Of a stretch of 64,000 nucleotides of DNA, positions 38,364 to 49,305 are shown one piece after another. The position numbers and the translations under genes were made by a program. A model generated the notes under the pieces. The model searched no databases. It was given only the letters and a program-made list of their open reading frames with translations, and was not told the origin of the DNA. The stretch comes from a virus, in the IMG/VR virus record IMGVR_UViG_3300008266_000033, positions 32,001-96,000 of that record; one strand, written 5' to 3'. Position 1 is the first letter of the stretch; each line of letters begins with the position of its first letter.

Positions 38364-39722
38364 TTAAATAAATCTGTTTATATATTCTAAATAAGTATTT
38401 TCAGAATCGTATGCAAATGAACCACTTTTAACATTAGCAAGACTACTAACAACACCAAATTTTTCAGCTGGTTGACCAGGTGCACTAAACCAACCTCTAA
38501 TAGGAGTACGTGATTGTGCTGTTATAGGATATAATGTGGGGTCTTTAGCAGTTTTATAAGGTATACCACCATCAACCCCTCCATCTGAGTTATCTAGGTT
38601 AGTAGTAGCTAAAATCAAAGGAGATTCTGGAATGCTAGATAAAAAACTATTATTTATAACTAAATTATTTATTTGATTTAAATAAGTAAAAGTAGGAGTA
38701 TATCTTTGTATAAATCTATCAGGGGGTCCTGGGTTTGCGGTAAGATTTGGAGTTCCTGTAACAGTTCCAGGATATGTAGTAGTTAAATCATTATTTGGAC
38801 CTCCTAAAAATTCACCATTTTCTAAATCTAAATTAGTTACATTAAAAGAAAATGGTAATATAGAAGTACCGTTATATATTGTAGGATTAGGTAAATCTAA
38901 TTCGGTATCATTTAAAGTAGTTTCTAATACTGATTCACCATTATATGTTGTAGGATTAGGTAAGTCTAATTCAGTAGAATTTAATGAAAAATATAATAAA
39001 GGCTCACCTAATGAAGTCTGACCTAATATATCATTATAAGTTACAGGATTAGAAAAATCCAATTCTGTAAAATCTAAAATATTGTTATTATTTAATAAAA
39101 ATTCTTCAGAATTAAGATAAGCTGTAGGATTTGATGAATCATAAATAGTATAATCTAAAATATTATTACTATTTAAATAAAATGTTGGAGAATCAACATA
39201 AGATATAGGATTAGGTGAATCTAATTCTGTAAAATCTAAAACACCATCAATACTTAAAAACCCAGCCCCACTATAAACTGAGATATTTAGTGGATCTAAA
39301 TAAGTAAAATCTAAAACATTGACAGTACTTAAAAGTCCAGCTCCAATATAAACTGAGGGGTTGGGTAAATCATAATTGGTTGCTTCTAGGGAATTATATA
39401 ATATAGAAATACCATCATATGTTGAAGGATTTGGTAAATCTAATTCGGTTTGTTCTAAAGTATATTCTAATGGGGCCCCACCATATGTTGCTATACCTCC
39501 TAAATCTAAAACAGTTTGATCTAAAGAATTAGCTAATACAGAATTATTACTAAAAATTGAACTTTCTAAATCTAAAACAGTTTGGCCTAAAGAATTAGCT
39601 AATGTCAGATTATTATTTGTTGGGGGTGTTCCTAAACCTAAATCAGTTTGACTAAGTAAATTAACTAATTGTGATTCTCCATTAAGATAATTTTCTTGAG
39701 AAGGATTAAAAATATAAGCCAT
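38364..39722 (-). CDS. Acidic repeat protein (about 13 T-x-L-D-L-x-N-P-x-x-Y repeats), probably virion-associated
   Basis: Repeats visible in the translation; late motif upstream. Confidence 0.65.
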   Translation of the reverse strand: MAYIFNPSQENYLNGESQLVNLLSQTDLGLGTPPTNNNLTLANSLGQTVLDLESSIFSNNSVLANSLDQTVLDLGGIATYGGAPLEYTLEQTELDLPNPSTYDGISILYNSLEATNYDLPNPSVYIGAGLLSTVNVLDFTYLDPLNISVYSGAGFLSIDGVLDFTELDSPNPISYVDSPTFYLNSNNILDYTIYDSSNPTAYLNSEEFLLNNNNILDFTELDFSNPVTYNDILGQTSLGEPLLYFSLNSTELDLPNPTTYNGESVLETTLNDTELDLPNPTIYNGTSILPFSFNVTNLDLENGEFLGGPNNDLTTTYPGTVTGTPNLTANPGPPDRFIQRYTPTFTYLNQINNLVINNSFLSSIPESPLILATTNLDNSDGGVDGGIPYKTAKDPTLYPITAQSRTPIRGWFSAPGQPAEKFGVVSSLANVKSGSFAYDSENTYLEYINRFI

Positions 39723-39728
39723 ATTTTA

Positions 39729-40409
39729 TTATAAATATTGGGCAAATTTAAGATAATCTTTTTTTAAATAATTATCAAATTGGGGTAGTTTATTTTTTTT
39801 CATAGTTAATTCAACTATGTTTTTATTAGTATTATAAACAGATTGTTCACTACCAGTTAATTTCCAATTAATTTGAAAAGGAACATAAAGATACCAATCA
39901 ATATCAGGATCTTTATTTGAGAGTTTATCAAAAATTTCTTTTGATATTTCTATATAAATAAATTCATTTGCCTTTTTACAAAAATATCTTACAAAAGTTC
40001 CATTTTTATAATCTTCTTCGGTAGGTTTGTTAAAAGCAAAATAAGGAATAGCAATTTGTTTTTCTAATTCTTCTTCAGGATAATCTTTTGCATTTAAATA
40101 TTCACGAAGAATAGAAAAATTATTATATTTAAATATTTCTTCATCTGAATAGGCATTAATTGGACCTTCAGGATCAATATAAGGATATATTGTTGAATAA
40201 GATTTGGATAAAGTAGCCTGGTTAATTGATGTTGGAGGATTTAATATTAATTTTTGTACAATTGAATCTTGTGGTGTTTTTCCTGTAAAATATTCACCTT
40301 TAGAGGTTTCCCAATAATACCCTATATAATCATCTCCAGTAGATTCAATAATAAATTTTCCTCCATCAGTATATAAATTTGTTTTTATTTGAGATTTAGG
40401 ATAATACAT
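39729..40409 (-). CDS. Hypothetical protein, baseplate region
   Basis: 226 aa; MYYPK...Y.G.Y, PT..DY..G...RYF. Confidence 0.6.
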   Translation of the reverse strand: MYYPKSQIKTNLYTDGGKFIIESTGDDYIGYYWETSKGEYFTGKTPQDSIVQKLILNPPTSINQATLSKSYSTIYPYIDPEGPINAYSDEEIFKYNNFSILREYLNAKDYPEEELEKQIAIPYFAFNKPTEEDYKNGTFVRYFCKKANEFIYIEISKEIFDKLSNKDPDIDWYLYVPFQINWKLTGSEQSVYNTNKNIVELTMKKNKLPQFDNYLKKDYLKFAQYL

Positions 40410-40451
40410 TGTTATAGTGAATTTATTTTTTAATTAAATTAACTTGTTCTT

Positions 40452-43400
40452 CTAATTTGCATTAAGTCTAAAATTACTAATTTTACCACCTTTACTTATA
40501 ATAGCTGAATCAAATGCTGAGGCTTGAGCCCATGTTGCAGGATATAAATTTCCATTTCGAGGACCATTATTACCTACTGATATTAACATACTAACTACTT
40601 CTAATGTAGGTACTAAATCTACTTTACCCCCAAAAACAGACCCATGGCTGTATATCCCAGGTTTAGTTCTCCAAAGTCCATTTCCAATTTCATCTACTTC
40701 ATACCATATACTTCTCCAAGTTTTTTCACCTTCCCATATAAAAGGAATTTTATAACTGTACATTAGTTTTAAAAGAAGACCTCTTAAACTTGCCATTTGT
40801 AAACCAGTATAAGTAAATCCATATTTATAAGTTCTATAAGTTGTTGGGTTAAGATTCCAATCTACTATATTTGATATACCATTACCAATACCAATACCAC
40901 TTACACCATCAAATCCTAATTGATATTTTTGTCCTCGTTGTCCTTTAGATATATTTTTTCCTGATGCATCAAACCAATCACCACCTCGTTCAAAAGCTTG
41001 ACCTGGGTTTATTACTTCAATACCAATACCATGTACGTTTGGGTCAGGACTGAACTTTGAACCTTGGGTTATATATTTAAAACGTTCATCAGCTAATCTT
41101 TCAACATGTCCATCACCATCTAAAACAAAGGGAGCACTAGGAACCCATCCTTTTGTGCTACGAAGACTTGTACCATTTGATAAACAATGTGGGTTCCAAC
41201 AAGCTTCTACAACATGTAAACCTTTATCTCCAGCCCAATTAGTACCTTGAATATAAGTAGCAGTATGATGTAAATATATACGAGATTTTGGAAAAATTTT
41301 AGGTTTTGCTATAGTTAAATTACTACCCCAACTACCTTGATCAGTTGCACTAGAAAGTTGGTATTTATCTACACACCAACCTGAAGGTTCTGATTTTACA
41401 TATACATGATCTGTTCTAGTTCTTTGATTTGAAGGACATCCTGTTGCTGGATCTGCAGAACCAACCCCAGTAAAAGCTGCATCTTTATATGAACCCCCTG
41501 ATGATGATGCTTTCTTTTGCTTTTTCTTTTTCTTTGCTGCAGGTGCTGCTGCTGTATTATCAGCACTTTTTCCTACAATTACTGAATCAATTTTTGTTTC
41601 CCAAAGATTATTTTTAACAGTATGGGTAATTCCTTTAATTAAAATCTCTACAGCATCAGGATAATTAGAAGGAAGAAACTCAGTGTTAAGATTAAATTTT
41701 TGAAAAATTTTCATTCCTGATAATCCATCCATAGTTAAAGATACATTAATAGGAATAAATCCTGAACCTGCTGAAACAGTTGAATTTGATTTATATTCAT
41801 TAGCTTTTCCTTTATTAATGAAATAAACCAAATTAGATAAAATACTTTTATTAGCTTCCCATACTTCAGGTTGCCAAACTATATTAGAAGAATCTCCTCC
41901 TCCTACAACATATTGGAAAAATGTACCTGAAGCCCCTATTAGTGAATCAGGAGTATCATCTGGATTAGTACTTGACTCATTTCCATCGGTTACAATTTCT
42001 GCAAATCTAGTAAATAATCCTCTATTTAATCTTGAAAAAGCTGTTGTGTCTTCTCCAACAGATTTTTTATTAGCTGCAGCTCCAATAGAAATAATTGTAG
42101 CAAAATCTGGAGGAATGGTTGTTTGGAAGTCTAATTGTTTAACCATAGAACCTTCCCCTATAAAAGTAATAGGATTTCCTTGTGAATCTTGTCCTGAAAG
42201 TGCTTTAAACCCAGAAACATTGAATGTAGTTGTTGGTCTTACTGTTGCTCCTACTGTTTGTAATACAGTATCTCTATAAGGATAAGGATTTTTATCAATA
42301 ATTTTTAATTCATTGTTTTCTTGATCTACAAAAACTTCTAATGTATTTGAACTGCCTAAAGCTCTTGATATTTCATTTAATACTTCATTTAAAAACTGTT
42401 TTAATGATACCCTGTTTGTTTTTTCATCTACAAGATCATTTATTTTTTCTAATAAAAAGTCAAAATTTACATAAACATTCATTAAATCTCCATAATATGA
42501 TGTTGTTCCTGAGGAGAATAAGAAAGGATCAAGATCTTTAAAAAACTCATAAGTAAAACTACTATCAACATTAGTTGCTCCAGGAAATAATGCTTGAGGG
42601 TTAATAGTATCAGTTCTAGAAACTATGCATACTCTAGGATCTGCACTAATTGTTAATTCATTTACTGGAATTAGATTTTTTCCTCGCTCATAATTTATTT
42701 TTAATGATGGATCTCCATTAAATCTTAATACATAACTTGATTGAATTTCAGCTAATAATCTGTTGAATTTTACATAATATTGAGATGTAGCAGAACCTTG
42801 AAATTTTAATCTAGCAAAGGTTTTTTCACCAACACTTATTCCTGTTATTGGAGTACCTACTTCTGACCAAACATATCCTGTTGCACCAATTATTTTTTTA
42901 GCAACTGTATAATACAATGCTCCTATAGCATTTTGATCTCTATAAAGATCTATAGGGTCTGGGGTTGTTTTGTTAGCATCTATAGGGGCAGGTTCATTTA
43001 AGAGTTTTTGAGAGTTCATTTTTAACCCTTCAATAATATCTCCTACACTTCTTAAATTAAGAGTAATATCAAAAGTACCATCAGGAGAATAACTCCAATT
43101 AAAATTTATAACTTTTCCAAATAAAGCATCATAATTTCCATTACTTTCTTTTTTTACTGTTTTTATAGCACTTAACATATCACTTATATATTTTGCCGCA
43201 GGATCAAAAAAGAATTCTTGCAAGGTATTATCACCTCCATCTGTAAATATATTAAATTTATTATCTACATAAACAACATTCCCCCATTCTAAAAGCATAT
43301 AATACCCTAAACGCAAATAAAGAGCCTCTATTATTTCTAATTGTTCTGAATTATATGCTTTAATTTTTACAACAGCTGATGTTGTATATCCATCACCATC

Positions 43401-43826
43401 GGTTTTTACTTCTATGGAACTTATACCCATCATAGGTCTAAAACCTAGTGTTTTTCCTCCGGTTCCATAAGCTCCTTCTGAACTAATTCCATATCTTAAT
43501 TCATTATAAGTTGATGAATCTCGAGGTGCTACTGTACCTGCTTCAACTCCTGGATCAGTAAATACTACGGGTGAAGTACCAGCAAATAATACATATTTTT
43601 TAGCTAATTCAAGTCCTTTTAAACCTAGTGAATTTACAAATTTATAATTACTATTACCTTTAAATTCAACTGAAGACATTAACCTAACATAAGCTACTTT
43701 AGAATTTTTATAAATAGTTCCAGCTAAATTAGAGTCACTAGAATTAAAATTTCTTCCTAAAAAATCTTGTCTAACTTTAACTTGTTCATCTACATAAGTT
43801 TCAAAACTTTCACCTAATATATTCAT
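40452..43826 (-). CDS. Baseplate hub-like protein with C-terminal amidase_2-like domain
   Basis: LLEWG, NF.W...DG.FD hub-like N-terminus; IYLHHTA, GIGIEV, GIYSH...KVD. Confidence 0.6.
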   Translation of the reverse strand: MNILGESFETYVDEQVKVRQDFLGRNFNSSDSNLAGTIYKNSKVAYVRLMSSVEFKGNSNYKFVNSLGLKGLELAKKYVLFAGTSPVVFTDPGVEAGTVAPRDSSTYNELRYGISSEGAYGTGGKTLGFRPMMGISSIEVKTDGDGYTTSAVVKIKAYNSEQLEIIEALYLRLGYYMLLEWGNVVYVDNKFNIFTDGGDNTLQEFFFDPAAKYISDMLSAIKTVKKESNGNYDALFGKVINFNWSYSPDGTFDITLNLRSVGDIIEGLKMNSQKLLNEPAPIDANKTTPDPIDLYRDQNAIGALYYTVAKKIIGATGYVWSEVGTPITGISVGEKTFARLKFQGSATSQYYVKFNRLLAEIQSSYVLRFNGDPSLKINYERGKNLIPVNELTISADPRVCIVSRTDTINPQALFPGATNVDSSFTYEFFKDLDPFLFSSGTTSYYGDLMNVYVNFDFLLEKINDLVDEKTNRVSLKQFLNEVLNEISRALGSSNTLEVFVDQENNELKIIDKNPYPYRDTVLQTVGATVRPTTTFNVSGFKALSGQDSQGNPITFIGEGSMVKQLDFQTTIPPDFATIISIGAAANKKSVGEDTTAFSRLNRGLFTRFAEIVTDGNESSTNPDDTPDSLIGASGTFFQYVVGGGDSSNIVWQPEVWEANKSILSNLVYFINKGKANEYKSNSTVSAGSGFIPINVSLTMDGLSGMKIFQKFNLNTEFLPSNYPDAVEILIKGITHTVKNNLWETKIDSVIVGKSADNTAAAPAAKKKKKQKKASSSGGSYKDAAFTGVGSADPATGCPSNQRTRTDHVYVKSEPSGWCVDKYQLSSATDQGSWGSNLTIAKPKIFPKSRIYLHHTATYIQGTNWAGDKGLHVVEACWNPHCLSNGTSLRSTKGWVPSAPFVLDGDGHVERLADERFKYITQGSKFSPDPNVHGIGIEVINPGQAFERGGDWFDASGKNISKGQRGQKYQLGFDGVSGIGIGNGISNIVDWNLNPTTYRTYKYGFTYTGLQMASLRGLLLKLMYSYKIPFIWEGEKTWRSIWYEVDEIGNGLWRTKPGIYSHGSVFGGKVDLVPTLEVVSMLISVGNNGPRNGNLYPATWAQASAFDSAIISKGGKISNFRLNAN

Positions 43827-44128
43827 ATAACATTATTTAAACTATTAAAACTTGATAAAATTCTTGATGGATTAACAGGAATTCTTATTTGGATTCCTTC
43901 TGGGATTATTAATGAATTTTGGGGTATTGAAGGATTAGCAGAAGATATTATCCACCAATATGATTGATTTCCATAATATCGTTGAGCTAAAAGATCAAAT
44001 CTATCTCCCTGGGTTGTATAGACATATGTGTCGTTTTCATTCAAAGGAATTTCAGGGTATATAACAGTTTGGTATAACTGTTTTCCATTTATCTTTTTCT
44101 TAGGTACATTTATATATCTATTAGACAT
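43823..44128 (-). CDS. LysM-like baseplate wedge protein (gp53-like)
   Basis: GDRFDLLAQRYYG...WWII..AN, G.QIRIP. Confidence 0.75.
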   Translation of the reverse strand: MSNRYINVPKKKINGKQLYQTVIYPEIPLNENDTYVYTTQGDRFDLLAQRYYGNQSYWWIISSANPSIPQNSLIIPEGIQIRIPVNPSRILSSFNSLNNVI

Positions 44129-44147
44129 GTTAAAAAAATATTAACCA

Positions 44148-46364
44148 TTAGGGAGTATCTCCCAATATATCATTTATTATTTGTTGTTGATTTTGAGGAG
44201 GAGCACTATTATCTGGAGGATCAGGAACAGTACCTGGGTCTGGAGGGAGCCCTCCTCCATTATTTTGATTGTTTAAATCAAGAGTTGGGATATCATCGCC
44301 TTGTTCGACATTAACAGTTATATTAAATGTTTTATTTTGATCAATATATTGTTCATATAAATTATATTCATTTTTATCTTCTATATTATCAAGATTATAA
44401 TCAGTATTTAAATCATCCTCTAAAATATTATTAACTTTAATAGATTGTAATTTTGGCACAAAATTATGAATAGGAATAAAATTAAACCCAGATACTTTAA
44501 TCATATGAGGTAATTCATATTCGGTATCCCAAGTTGCATTAGAATCATTCATTTCATAACTAAATCCTGTTATAATACCTAGTTGTTGAATAAAATAACC
44601 TCCTATACTTAACACAACAAAATTTCCTCTCATATATCCTGTTTCACTATAATTTGGGGCGCATGCTGAGGCTAAATAGTTTAATTTATTATATAATGAT
44701 TTTAATTCAATTTGTGATTGTGCATATACTGTCCAAGATAATGAGACTTTTCTATCAAAACCAGTGTAATTATAAAATTTTTCACCTCTTCCTAAATATC
44801 TATAATCTTGCCATTCTGTACTATAAGTATCAGAAATTTGATCTAGATATGCTCTAAATTGGATATAATTTATAGCCACATTATTTAATGAAACATCTTC
44901 TGAACCAAGAGAAAAAACATCTGTTAATAATTGATAATCTATTATACCTATTCTAAAAGGTATTAAATCAGGAAGAGTTGAAGTATTATTACTGATAGAT
45001 ATACCAGGATTTGTTTTATATATAGGATAAAGATTTAATTTATCATAAGAATTTATACCTGCAGTATTTCCTAAATTATTACCAACAAAAGTCCCATAAA
45101 CCTTCTTATCTAAAGGATTTCCAGGATCTCCTAAAAGATATCTTGATTCTATAGTAGATTTAAGTTGTGAATTATATGGGTTATATTCTCCATCTTGAAT
45201 AACAGACTCATTATTATTTAAAGGTTTTATTATTTCATTTATCTTTTGTCTAAAATCACGTTGTCTAAGATTAGGAATATAACCTTTATATGATCTTTCA
45301 TTAAAGTAATTATCATTACCCCTAACAGTAACAATATTACTATCTGTTGATCCAGCTTCCATTAATTGATTATATCCTAAAGTATAATAATTTATTTCAG
45401 GATTTGTAATATCGTTAACTAAATTAGTTTTTACAGAAGGATTATCTAAACGAATTCTAGTTCTTCCTATTCCTAAAATAGAATTAGGTCCTCCAGGATA
45501 ATTAAACAAAATATCAGGATCAGTGCCTATATAATCCAATGATATATTACTTGGATTATCATTTAGAAATTTTTTACCATATAGTCTAATTAAACGATTA
45601 TCTGTTTGAATTTCTGTATTTTTTACTACATCAGAATATTTTCTTAAATCTCCAGGACCACCACCAATTAATCCTTGTTTATTAAGATGTAAACCTAAAG
45701 GACCTCCTATAACTTGAGCTAATGTATTTATTGGATTATAAATACCTTCATTATAAATAAGAGGATTTAAATTAGCAGGATTTAAGAATCCACCTATTAC
45801 AGTGTTTGATGAAATTGTTCTAGTTGATTGAGAAGGAAGAGCAGATTTAGAAAGTATATTTTGTTTTAAAATAAAAAGATTTCCTTCAGTAGATTTAAAA
45901 AATTTAGTTATTCTTTCAAAATCATTTGTTACAGCTTTTGGTAATAAACCTCCTCCTCTAATAAGCCAATCAGGTCCTCCTGTTCCAGCAGCAGCTGGTT
46001 TTAAAGAAACACTAGTTCCAGAAAAATCAAATAAACTTTTATTTAATGTTCCATCTTCTATACCTCCAACAATAATTCTTGCTGTATTTAATATACCAGA
46101 ATATAATAAAATTGGTCCAACAATTGGTGCAAGACCATCAGCAATTGCACCAATTGCCGAGAGACCTGCTTTACCTAAAACTTCAAAATTTGATGGATCA
46201 GGATTGTATGAAATATTAAAATTAAGATCATTTGTAGTATTTAACTGTTCATTAGTTGCAGGGATAGCTGTTTGAATATAAGGTTGATCAGAAGATCCAC
46301 CCCCTGACTCATCATGTCCAAATTTTAAAGATTTAAGATTGGTTGTAAGATTTATTAAAGCCAT
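44148..46364 (-). CDS. Baseplate/tail tube initiator-like protein
   Basis: FRAYL..ISD.Y...W....Y.GR.E.FY.Y.GF.R motif; follows the tape measure. Confidence 0.55.
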   Translation of the reverse strand: MALINLTTNLKSLKFGHDESGGGSSDQPYIQTAIPATNEQLNTTNDLNFNISYNPDPSNFEVLGKAGLSAIGAIADGLAPIVGPILLYSGILNTARIIVGGIEDGTLNKSLFDFSGTSVSLKPAAAGTGGPDWLIRGGGLLPKAVTNDFERITKFFKSTEGNLFILKQNILSKSALPSQSTRTISSNTVIGGFLNPANLNPLIYNEGIYNPINTLAQVIGGPLGLHLNKQGLIGGGPGDLRKYSDVVKNTEIQTDNRLIRLYGKKFLNDNPSNISLDYIGTDPDILFNYPGGPNSILGIGRTRIRLDNPSVKTNLVNDITNPEINYYTLGYNQLMEAGSTDSNIVTVRGNDNYFNERSYKGYIPNLRQRDFRQKINEIIKPLNNNESVIQDGEYNPYNSQLKSTIESRYLLGDPGNPLDKKVYGTFVGNNLGNTAGINSYDKLNLYPIYKTNPGISISNNTSTLPDLIPFRIGIIDYQLLTDVFSLGSEDVSLNNVAINYIQFRAYLDQISDTYSTEWQDYRYLGRGEKFYNYTGFDRKVSLSWTVYAQSQIELKSLYNKLNYLASACAPNYSETGYMRGNFVVLSIGGYFIQQLGIITGFSYEMNDSNATWDTEYELPHMIKVSGFNFIPIHNFVPKLQSIKVNNILEDDLNTDYNLDNIEDKNEYNLYEQYIDQNKTFNITVNVEQGDDIPTLDLNNQNNGGGLPPDPGTVPDPPDNSAPPQNQQQIINDILGDTP

Positions 46365-46437
46365 TTATTTTTAAGGAATTTTATTTTCCTTTTTTGCCTT
46401 TTTATTTTATATTTTTTTATTTAATCTAGTGGGGTAT

Positions 46438-46641
46438 TTATTGAACAATTGGGCTCCTGATATGTCCCCCCTTTTTCTTACCGCCTGCTTTTACAGCTAA
46501 TGGAGAAGGAATATTTCCATTATCAGTATCAACTGTTCGTTGAACAATTGGGCTCCTGATATGTCCCCCCTTTTTCTTACCGCCTGCTTTTTCAGTTAAT
46601 GGAGTATCTTTATTTAAAAATTTGTCTTCTAAACTAGCCAT
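46438..46641 (-). CDS. Small basic protein with an internal duplication
   Basis: KAGGKKKGGHIRSPIVQ occurs twice; late motif upstream. Confidence 0.55.
   Translation of the reverse strand: MASLEDKFLNKDTPLTEKAGGKKKGGHIRSPIVQRTVDTDNGNIPSPLAVKAGGKKKGGHIRSPIVQ
46441..46604. repeat. Direct repeat of about 65 bp (52 bp identical), 99-bp period
   Basis: 46441-46492 equals 46540-46591. Confidence 0.9.
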
Positions 46642-46676
46642 GATTTATATGTTTTTTATTATAAATATTAATTTTT

Positions 46677-49271
46677 TTATTTTAGTATTTCAGTACTTAA
46701 ACCTTCATTTAATTTTACCCCACTTATTGATATTACTGGGTTATAATTTTTATTAGCTATAGTATTGTTTAACATGTCTAATTTATTTAACATATTTTCT
46801 AATATTTTTAATGAATTAGTTCCTAAGTATGCTTCACCAGTATCTACTTTTGCAAGCCCTCCTTTTAATACTACACCTCCATTAGCTAATTCTTCTATAT
46901 TTACTCCTTGAGCTTGTTGTACTATTCCTTCAGGATAAGCACCTGGATTACCTAATATATCTTGGATTAATTGTTTATTATCTGTTGACATAGGGGTTCT
47001 ACTGTTGTCAGGATCTCTACCTGAGGCATGAAATATCGCTCTAGCATTAGCTATATCATCAATATCCATTCCTGGGATGAATACTCCTGATCCCCCAAAT
47101 GCATTAGCTGTTCCACTAATTGCTCCCATAGATACAGTATCTAATATTTGCATTCCTGAACCACCTAAAGATTCAAGATATCCTCCAATTCCTGTATTTG
47201 TAGTTCTTTTATCTGAAAGAAAATCATATTGATCTTTTAAAGTTTGAGCTACAGCAACACCAGCTGCTAAACGTCCTGCTGCTCTACCAAAACCACCCAT
47301 TTTACCTCCACCACCAGGTCCACCAGGTCCCGGACCACCCCCCGGTCCGCCAGGCATTTGATTAACAACAAATACTTTTTGAATTCCAGTAACCATTCTT
47401 GTAACACCATGAAATAAAGTCATGATAGCAGCCCCCATTCCTATAGTCCCTGCTACTGGAAGAATATATTTTATTCCTGGGATTTTAGTTATATTAGAAA
47501 GCATATCAAGAACTGTTTGAGACATTTTTCCTAAAGGTCCTTCAACTAAAGATACAAACTGGCCTTTAATTTTTTTTATAGTATTTTCAAATTTTTCCTG
47601 GTTATCCAGTTCCATTTTAGCTACATCAAAATTCTTATTTCTTAAAGTTAGCTTTTCTAATTCTGCTGCTTTTTCATATTCTCCATTTTCTCTATAAGCC
47701 TTCATTTGTTTTTCTAATTCAATTCTTGAAGCCTTATCTAAATTATTCAATTGTTCTTTTTTAATTAAAGTATCTACTAATTCATCTGATGTCATTCCTA
47801 TAGCTTTAGCTAAGGCATTTTGTTGAATAACATTTAAGTTTTGGAAATCATTTAAACTTCCAACATTTCTCATTAATTCTTCCGCAGCTCCTGCTGAATC
47901 CCCCATTAAAGCTAAATATCTAGCTTTTTCTAAATTTAAATCCCGGCCTGTTAATAATTCTGCTTCTAATTCTGCAGTTATAGATTCCTCAAAATTTAAT
48001 AAACTATTTGAAGCTTTTTTAGCATCTTGTAAAGTTAATCCTAATTTTTGTGTTTGGATTACTGCTTTTGCTATTAGATCAGGACTACCTTTGTATTGGG
48101 CAAATAATTGACCATTTACTTTAGCTACTTCTTGAATAATTTTTTTATTATTTAATAATCTTGGGGTTTGTTTTCCTATAGCATTAACTATACCAACTGC
48201 ATCTTGTCCTGTTAATTGAGCTAATTGTTCAAATCGAGCTGCTTCTTCATTATTTAAACCTAATCTAGTTGTTAAATCTATATTATTTTTTAATACCTGA
48301 TCTGAAAACATAACAGATGTTCCAAAAGCATCATTAAGACTTAAAAAAGCAGTTTTTAAATTTTCTTGATTAAGAAGAATATCTGAGGTGTTTCCTGCAA
48401 TTTTAGAAAAGTTTTCATTTAAAATATGAGATTCTTCAGTTATTAAACCTAAAGATTTAGATATTTCTCTGGTTCTTTTATTAAATTCGTTTGCGATATC
48501 TATAACGAATTTAAAAGCTGCAATTATTAAACTTAATTGTACTAAAGGATCTTTTAAAGCTGTTGCCACACCACTAAATATTCCTTTAATACCAGTTCCT
48601 AATACTAAAAATGAATTTCCAGATTTTGCAGCTTCACGAAGATCAGCATTCATCTGTTTAAAATATTTACTGTCAATTCCTATTTTAGCAAGTGTTTTTT
48701 GGATTCCATTAAAAAATGCCCCAGTTACTCCTAATGTTTTTTCAATATTTTTTTCTGTTTCATATAATTCCTCAGCTAATTCATTTAATCTAGTTAAATA
48801 ACCTGTTCTTTGATCTAAAGCTTTAGTCAACTCTTGTTGCATCTGGAGATTTAATCCAGTTACTCTAGCTTGGGATAATTCATATTTTAAAATTTCTATT
48901 TCGGCTTTAACCTTTTTTGAAATAGATTTTAATTCAACAGAATCTAAAGTTCCTCCTTCTTTTTTATGGTAATTTAATTTTCTAGCTAATGAATCTAATT
49001 CATCATAACTATCTACTATCTTATCAGCAGCTGATTGGGTAGCCCCTAAACCATCAACTAATTTTTCAACAGATCTAGCAATATTACCAAAAATTCCTTC
49101 TAAAATTCTAACTTCATAAGTTAAATCATTAACAAGTTTAGCGGCTTTACTTATATTACCCCCTAAATTATTAATTTCTGCATTTACATCAGCAAAGCCT
49201 GTACCTCCTAGATCTTTAATTCTTTGATCTAAATCTCTAATTTGTCTTTCTAAATCTGCAAAAGTAGCCAT
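46677..49271 (-). CDS. Tape measure protein
   Basis: Long helical protein, FE.SI.AELEAELLTG..LNLE.AR; follows the tail chaperone. Confidence 0.8.
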   Translation of the reverse strand: MATFADLERQIRDLDQRIKDLGGTGFADVNAEINNLGGNISKAAKLVNDLTYEVRILEGIFGNIARSVEKLVDGLGATQSAADKIVDSYDELDSLARKLNYHKKEGGTLDSVELKSISKKVKAEIEILKYELSQARVTGLNLQMQQELTKALDQRTGYLTRLNELAEELYETEKNIEKTLGVTGAFFNGIQKTLAKIGIDSKYFKQMNADLREAAKSGNSFLVLGTGIKGIFSGVATALKDPLVQLSLIIAAFKFVIDIANEFNKRTREISKSLGLITEESHILNENFSKIAGNTSDILLNQENLKTAFLSLNDAFGTSVMFSDQVLKNNIDLTTRLGLNNEEAARFEQLAQLTGQDAVGIVNAIGKQTPRLLNNKKIIQEVAKVNGQLFAQYKGSPDLIAKAVIQTQKLGLTLQDAKKASNSLLNFEESITAELEAELLTGRDLNLEKARYLALMGDSAGAAEELMRNVGSLNDFQNLNVIQQNALAKAIGMTSDELVDTLIKKEQLNNLDKASRIELEKQMKAYRENGEYEKAAELEKLTLRNKNFDVAKMELDNQEKFENTIKKIKGQFVSLVEGPLGKMSQTVLDMLSNITKIPGIKYILPVAGTIGMGAAIMTLFHGVTRMVTGIQKVFVVNQMPGGPGGGPGPGGPGGGGKMGGFGRAAGRLAAGVAVAQTLKDQYDFLSDKRTTNTGIGGYLESLGGSGMQILDTVSMGAISGTANAFGGSGVFIPGMDIDDIANARAIFHASGRDPDNSRTPMSTDNKQLIQDILGNPGAYPEGIVQQAQGVNIEELANGGVVLKGGLAKVDTGEAYLGTNSLKILENMLNKLDMLNNTIANKNYNPVISISGVKLNEGLSTEILK

Positions 49272-49305
49272 TAACTATATGTTTTATTATAAATACAAAA
49301 AGGTA

